A model generated the notes under the pieces. The model was not told where the DNA came from and did not search any database. It worked only from the letters and a program-made list of their open reading frames with translations. Shown here in pieces: positions 59,321-64,000 of a stretch of DNA of 64,000 nt. The stretch lies in assembly GCA_903895195.1 (NCBI GenBank), contig CAITSZ010000034.1, positions 47,104 through 111,103 of the forward strand, in the 5' to 3' direction. Position numbers and translations under genes: made by a program. The stretch is from an uncultured Chlorobiaceae bacterium (GTDB lineage: Bacteria > Bacteroidota > Chlorobiia > Chlorobiales > Chlorobiaceae). Position 1 is the stretch's first letter. Every line of letters begins with the position of its first letter.

Positions 59321-60385
59321 TCATTGACTTCCCCTCGTCAACCCCGGATAATCAGTATACCCTTCCGGGCCACTGGCAAAGAATGAAGCCGGAAGAGGCA
59401 CGTTGAGCCCTGCATTCAGACGGAGGCGCTCTGGAAGATCAGGATTGGCTATGAATAAAACGCCGAATGATACTGCATCAGCCTCCCCGTCAGCCAGCAG
59501 TTGCTCAGCTGTTGATTTGGTCAGGCCTTCGTTGGCAATATAAATACCGCCGAACGCTTTTTTGAGTTCCGGCCCCAGGCGATCTTCGCCGAGATGTTCG
59601 CGAGCGAAAATGAACGCTATCTTGCGCTTTCCAAGCTCGCGGGCAATATAGCCGAAAGTGGCTGACGGATTGGAATCTCCCATCGATTGCGTGTCACAAC
59701 GAGGTGCCAAATGCATACCGACGCGACCAGCTCCCCACACCGAGACGACAGCATCGGTCACTTCGAGCATTAATCGGCTTCGATTTTCAATTGAACCGCC
59801 ATAGTGATCTGTGCGTTTGTTTGAACCGTCTTGTAAAAACTGGTCCAGCAGATATCCGTTTGCACCATGGATTTCCACAGCATCAAATCCGGCTTCCATG
59901 GCATTTTCAGCACCTTTGCGGAATGCTTCAACAACTGCTGGTATCTCCTCAAGCCGCAGTGAACGGGGAACTGGATAGGCAACAGACTTGTCCAGCAGCC
60001 GCACATGACCTTCCGCGGCTATGGCACTTGGTGCTACGGGCTCTGCGCCGTTCAGAAAATACGAATGAGAAATGCGGCCGACATGCCATAGCTGCATGAG
60101 TATTCTGCCCCCGGCTGCATGCACCGCTTTGGTAATAAGCTTCCACCCCTCAATCTGCTCTCGGCTCCAGATACCTGGTGTATCGGGGTAGCCGACTCCC
60201 ATGGGGGTAACTGAAGTGGCTTCTGAAAAAATAAGTCCAGCCGAGGCGCGCTGAACATAGTACTCTGCCATCAAGGCATTTGGCACACGACCTTCACTGG
60301 CCCGGCAGCGCGTCAGCGGGGCCATAAAAATACGATTCGGCAAAACAAGGTCTCCGATTTTCAGGGGGTCGAACAAGCCCGGCAT
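59321..60385 (-). CDS. Old Yellow Enzyme family NADH:flavin oxidoreductase (alkene / N-ethylmaleimide reductase-like)
   Basis: MAPLTRCRA, QLWHVGR, HGANGYLLDQFL and GRVGMHLAP are OYE blocks. Confidence 0.85.
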   Translation of the reverse strand: MPGLFDPLKIGDLVLPNRIFMAPLTRCRASEGRVPNALMAEYYVQRASAGLIFSEATSVTPMGVGYPDTPGIWSREQIEGWKLITKAVHAAGGRILMQLWHVGRISHSYFLNGAEPVAPSAIAAEGHVRLLDKSVAYPVPRSLRLEEIPAVVEAFRKGAENAMEAGFDAVEIHGANGYLLDQFLQDGSNKRTDHYGGSIENRSRLMLEVTDAVVSVWGAGRVGMHLAPRCDTQSMGDSNPSATFGYIARELGKRKIAFIFAREHLGEDRLGPELKKAFGGIYIANEGLTKSTAEQLLADGEADAVSFGVLFIANPDLPERLRLNAGLNVPLPASFFASGPEGYTDYPGLTRGSQ

Positions 60386-60785
60386 GATTATACTCCTTTA
60401 ATAATATTAACGGTTATATCCGCTGTTATGCACTGCATCATACCTCATCAGGGTTGAGTATTTCATGAATAGTTTTCATCAGCGATTTGAAAGAGAATGG
60501 TTTCCGGATAACGCAAAGGGATTCATTCAACTCATTAGTTGAACAAATAATTGGATGAACGCACAATGTACATACTCACAGGAATAAATCGAGCTTCTCT
60601 GATAAAACTGAGCATGGCAGAGCGATCATAAAGCTTTCAACGCAATTGATTATTCCCCCGAACCGCTATCAGGTTCACATCCAAAAAAGCTCTGCTTGCT
60701 TTGATTTTTCACTCATATTGTGGACATTGATTTTATATGCAGGCATTTGTTGAGGATACTTACGATAACGATAATTATTACTTCC

Positions 60786-61478
60786 ATGTATTTTGATCCA
60801 ATGTATTTTGTTTTTGCCATGCCCCCTATGGTTCTCGGGTTATGGGCACAGTTCAAGGTCAAATCCTCTTTCAAGAAATATTCACAGGTACGAACCCAGA
60901 CCGGGATTACCGGAGCCGAAGCGGCGAGGCGGATTCTCCAGCAGGGTGGCCTCGTCAATGTAACAATTGAAACTGCCCAGGGCATGCTTTCCGACCACTA
61001 TGATCCGCGCAGCAAATCGCTGCGATTGAGCGAAGAGGTGTTCAACGTGCCCAGTATTGCCTCAGTGGGCGTTGCGGCCCATGAAGCCGGACATGCACTT
61101 CAGGACAAGTCAGGCTATATGCCCCTGCAGCTGCGTTCTTTCATGGTCCCGGCTGTGTCCATCGGCAGCAATCTCGGCCCGATTATCTTTATGGCAGGCA
61201 TCTTTCTTGCAGGAACACTTGGAACAACTCTTGCATGGGCAGGCATTCTGCTTTTTGGAGCAACGGCACTTTTTGCGCTTGTGACACTTCCTGTCGAATT
61301 CGATGCCAGCCGCCGTGCAAAAGCACTTCTTGTTTCACAAGGCATTGTTTCAAGTGCCGAAATGAAGGGGGTCAACGCTGTGCTTGATGCTGCCGCGCTG
61401 ACCTATGTTGCCGCCGCTGCCCAGGCCATTACACAGCTGCTTTATTTCCTCACGGTAATGAACCGCAGAAACTCGTAA
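60786..61478 (+). CDS. Membrane zinc metallopeptidase (Zn_peptidase_2 family)
   Basis: MYFDP...LWAQFKVKSSFKKYS N-terminus typical of the family, HEAGHALQ zinc motif, and C-terminal TM helices. Start set at the internal ATG rather than the GTG at 60720. Confidence 0.75.
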   Translation: MYFDPMYFVFAMPPMVLGLWAQFKVKSSFKKYSQVRTQTGITGAEAARRILQQGGLVNVTIETAQGMLSDHYDPRSKSLRLSEEVFNVPSIASVGVAAHEAGHALQDKSGYMPLQLRSFMVPAVSIGSNLGPIIFMAGIFLAGTLGTTLAWAGILLFGATALFALVTLPVEFDASRRAKALLVSQGIVSSAEMKGVNAVLDAAALTYVAAAAQAITQLLYFLTVMNRRNS

Positions 61479-61493
61479 CATCTTTACTGAAAA

Positions 61494-61520
61494 AGGGCAT
61501 CAACCGGTGCCCCTTTTTTT
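61494..61520 (+). terminator. Intrinsic terminator after the metallopeptidase gene
   Basis: The stem GGGCA...TGCCC contains an ACCGGT palindrome and is followed by T7. Confidence 0.6.
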
Positions 61521-61682
61521 GCGGTTTATTTTCAGATCACGATCTGAATCCCCGATAGAGCCGCTATGGAAGAAAAACTTTATATTCAAACGGTGTAACT
61601 TGCCATTGAAAAAGCGTTTGCACTCCCGGTCATCCTGCGTTTTTTTATAATACGTTTCAACCTGGTCAATCCCATTATACCC

Positions 61683-63188
61683 TTGAAAAACAGTTTCAGA
61701 AAAAAACCGCTTGCACTTCTGCTCGAGGAAATGAAAAGCGAGCATAGATTAAACAGGGTTCTCGGGCCGGTGGCGCTGACAAGTTTAGGCATAGGAGCCA
61801 TTATTGGAACGGGAATTTTTGTACTCATAGGTGTCGCTGCTCATGACAAGGCCGGCCCAGCTGTCAGTCTTTCTTTTGCCCTTGCCGGTCTGGCCTGTAT
61901 TTTTGCGGCTCTCTGTTATGCGGAGTTCGCCTCTATGGTTCCCGTCGCCGGCTCAGCCTATACCTATGCCTATGCGACTCTTGGAGAGCTTGTCGCCTGG
62001 ATTATCGGATGGGATCTTATTCTGGAATATGGAGTAGCTTCGGCAACTGTTGCACATGGCTGGTCACACTATTTTCAGGATTTTATAGGGATATTCGGTC
62101 TGGGCGTTCCCCTGCTCCTTACCAAAGCCCCGCTTGACTTTGATCCGAATACAGGAGTCATGAGCTATACCGGTGCATGGTTTGACCTTCCTGCTGTACT
62201 GATTACTGTTGCAGTTACTGCTATCCTTGTCAAGGGAATCAAGGAGAGTGCCCGGGTCAATGCCGGAATGGTCATTGTTAAAATAGCAATTGTGCTTCTG
62301 GTCATAGTGCTTGGCGCAATGTATGTAAACCCTGCCAACTGGAAGCCTTTTGCTCCGTTCGGTTATTCAGGGCTCAGCATTTTCGGCCATACCATTCTCG
62401 GTGAAGCGAGTCCCGGTGGTGCTCCAGTTGGAGTCCTTGCCGGAGCTGCCATGATATTTTTTGCCTATATCGGCTTCGACTCCATTTCAACCCATGCCGA
62501 AGAGGCCAAAAACCCCCAGAGAGACATCCCCATTGCCCTGATCAGCTCGCTTGTGATCTGCACAGTGCTCTATATTGCTGTAGCGATGGTCATAACCGGA
62601 ATGGTACCCTACAATCAAATCAATATTGACGCACCTGTTTCCAACGCCTTCAAGCAGGTCGGTATCGGCTGGGCACAATTTGTCATCTCTCTTGGAGCGA
62701 TTACCGGCATCACTTCCGTACTGCTGGTGATGATGCTGAGCCAACCGAGAATCTTTCTTGCCATGGCCCGCGATGGCCTGCTGCCGAAATCTTTTTTCGG
62801 AGCTATTCATCCAACATTCCGGACGCCATGGAAATCAACTATTCTGACCGGGGTTTTTGTAGCCGTGCTTGGAGCTTTGCTTCCACTGAGATTACTGGCG
62901 GAACTGGTAAATATCGGCACTCTCTTCGCTTTTGTCATTGTTTGCAGCGCAGTTCTCATTATGAGAAAAAAACATCCTGAAGCACACCGTCCCTTCAGGG
63001 CACCGTTTGTTCCCTTTGTTCCTCTTGCCGGTATTTTCACCTGCGTCATTCTCATGCTCTCCCTGCCTGCCGAAAACTGGATAAGGCTTGTCGGCTGGCT
63101 CCTTATCGGGTTTGTCATCTACTTTTTCTATGGCCGCAGGCACAGTGTACTGAACCAGAGCAAAGCGTCATTGCAAGATGGACAATAA
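61683..63188 (+). CDS. APC-superfamily amino acid permease (cationic amino acid transporter-like); TTG start as given by the ORF track
   Basis: FRKKPL...LNRVLGPVALTSLGIGAIIGTGIFVL and about 12-13 TM helices. The conserved N-terminal block precedes the first ATG, so a non-ATG start is likely. Confidence 0.8.
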   Translation: MKNSFRKKPLALLLEEMKSEHRLNRVLGPVALTSLGIGAIIGTGIFVLIGVAAHDKAGPAVSLSFALAGLACIFAALCYAEFASMVPVAGSAYTYAYATLGELVAWIIGWDLILEYGVASATVAHGWSHYFQDFIGIFGLGVPLLLTKAPLDFDPNTGVMSYTGAWFDLPAVLITVAVTAILVKGIKESARVNAGMVIVKIAIVLLVIVLGAMYVNPANWKPFAPFGYSGLSIFGHTILGEASPGGAPVGVLAGAAMIFFAYIGFDSISTHAEEAKNPQRDIPIALISSLVICTVLYIAVAMVITGMVPYNQINIDAPVSNAFKQVGIGWAQFVISLGAITGITSVLLVMMLSQPRIFLAMARDGLLPKSFFGAIHPTFRTPWKSTILTGVFVAVLGALLPLRLLAELVNIGTLFAFVIVCSAVLIMRKKHPEAHRPFRAPFVPFVPLAGIFTCVILMLSLPAENWIRLVGWLLIGFVIYFFYGRRHSVLNQSKASLQDGQ

Positions 63189-63879
63189 AGTATTTCTCAT
63201 TACAGGAGCCTCTACCGGAATCGGCGAAGCAACTGCCAGGCGAGCCATAGAAGCCGGATTCAATGTTGTGCTTGCCGCTCGGTCCACCGATAAGCTTGAA
63301 CGCCTGCGGGATGAGCTTGGCCATGCAAGGGCACTTGCCGTAACTTGCGATGTAGCAGAGTGGAAATCTCAGAAGGGAATGGTTGAAAAAACCATAACAC
63401 ACTTCGGCAGAATTGATGTTGTTTTTGCAAATGCCGGTTTTTCAAAAGGTTCAACATTTTACGGTGGTGAAGACAAACCAGAAGAGTGGCAGCAGCTGGT
63501 CATGGTCAATGTCTATGGCGCTGCCGCAACGGCTCGCCTGACGCTTCCCGAACTTGTAAAAAACAAAGGACATCTTCTTATCACCGGCTCTGTGGCAGGA
63601 CGGGTTACCTCCATACGGAACCTCTACTCGGCAACCAAGTGGGCCGTAACCGGCATGGCTCAGGCTATCCGTAATGAGATGGTTGGAACAGGAGTTCGAG
63701 TAACCCTCGTTGAACCGGGAATCGTTGATACACCGTTCTGGGATAATCTGCAAAAACCAGACTCCGCCAAAGAACTGCAGCCTGACGATATTGCCCGGGC
63801 AGTCATGTTCGCCGTAAGCCAGCCTCCCCATGTCGATGTAAACGACATCCTCATCAGGCCAACCGGTCAGCTCCACTAA
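63178..63879 (+). CDS. Short-chain dehydrogenase/reductase (SDR)
   Basis: ITGASTGIGEATA (TGxxxGxG), NAG, and YSATKWAV (YxxxK). Overlaps the permease stop by 11 nt. Confidence 0.85.
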   Translation: MDNKVFLITGASTGIGEATARRAIEAGFNVVLAARSTDKLERLRDELGHARALAVTCDVAEWKSQKGMVEKTITHFGRIDVVFANAGFSKGSTFYGGEDKPEEWQQLVMVNVYGAAATARLTLPELVKNKGHLLITGSVAGRVTSIRNLYSATKWAVTGMAQAIRNEMVGTGVRVTLVEPGIVDTPFWDNLQKPDSAKELQPDDIARAVMFAVSQPPHVDVNDILIRPTGQLH

Positions 63880-63938
63880 AAGGCACCTCCTCTTATTCAA
63901 ATCGGATGCATCAAGAAAATTGATTATCAACCCCCGCA

Positions 63939-63994
63939 CTCAGCACTGCCCACCGCCAACTGCCAACCGCCAACCGCCCACTGCCAACTGCCCA
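63939..63994. repeat. Second heptanucleotide repeat array (8 units: CTCAGCA CTGCCCA CCGCCAA CTGCCAA CCGCCAA CCGCCCA CTGCCAA CTGCCCA); may continue past the window end
   Basis: Read directly. It has the same unit family as the 57.6-kb array. Confidence 0.85.
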
Positions 63995-64000
63995 CTTTCT

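Noticed and set aside
61500-61745. An 81-aa minus-strand ORF overlapping the terminator and the permease start.
   Set aside because: It overlaps the well-supported N-terminus of the APC permease and a plus-strand terminator. It has no motif.

Overview
The window is mostly a bacterial chromosomal segment with about 60 coding genes and 3 tRNA genes. I found no rRNA, CRISPR array, transposase or integrase. Gene content suggests a green sulfur bacterium (Chlorobiaceae), but this is inference only: a plant/cyanobacterial-type carotenoid desaturase, a split transketolase, many weak or absent Shine-Dalgarno sites, and a propionyl-CoA to succinyl-CoA cluster. Housekeeping blocks include maf-miaA, cfa, metG followed by an initiator tRNA, coaD-rsmD, purC, recR-ybaB and rsmA. 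There is also a tightly coupled prpE / epimerase / fused carboxyltransferase / mutA / mutB / meaB cluster at 29.7-38.9 kb. Three regions look accessory and are the most interesting. (1) At 49.9-57.4 kb, a seven-gene minus-strand operon places a polar-amino-acid ABC importer inside an RsbU/RsbV/RsbW-type partner-switching module. No sigma factor gene is present in the window. The ABC ATPase carries a C-terminal extension that aligns by eye with the neighbouring RsbW-like kinase. (2) At 40.5-47.3 kb, an AT-richer block encodes an AraC regulator, a Cyc2-like monoheme cytochrome-porin fusion, and two diverged inverted paralogs of a cupredoxin-like secreted protein. (3) At 3.8-6.4 kb, an islet holds an orphan HigA-like antitoxin and a translationally coupled pair: a DUF6932-like nucleotidyltransferase-fold protein and an unrecognisable 303-aa protein. 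Other notable items are a STAS protein with an acidic tail ending in an AT-hook, dispersed heptanucleotide tandem-repeat arrays at two loci, and several gene remnants. All family calls come from motif recognition by eye. No database search was run, so novelty cannot be verified here.
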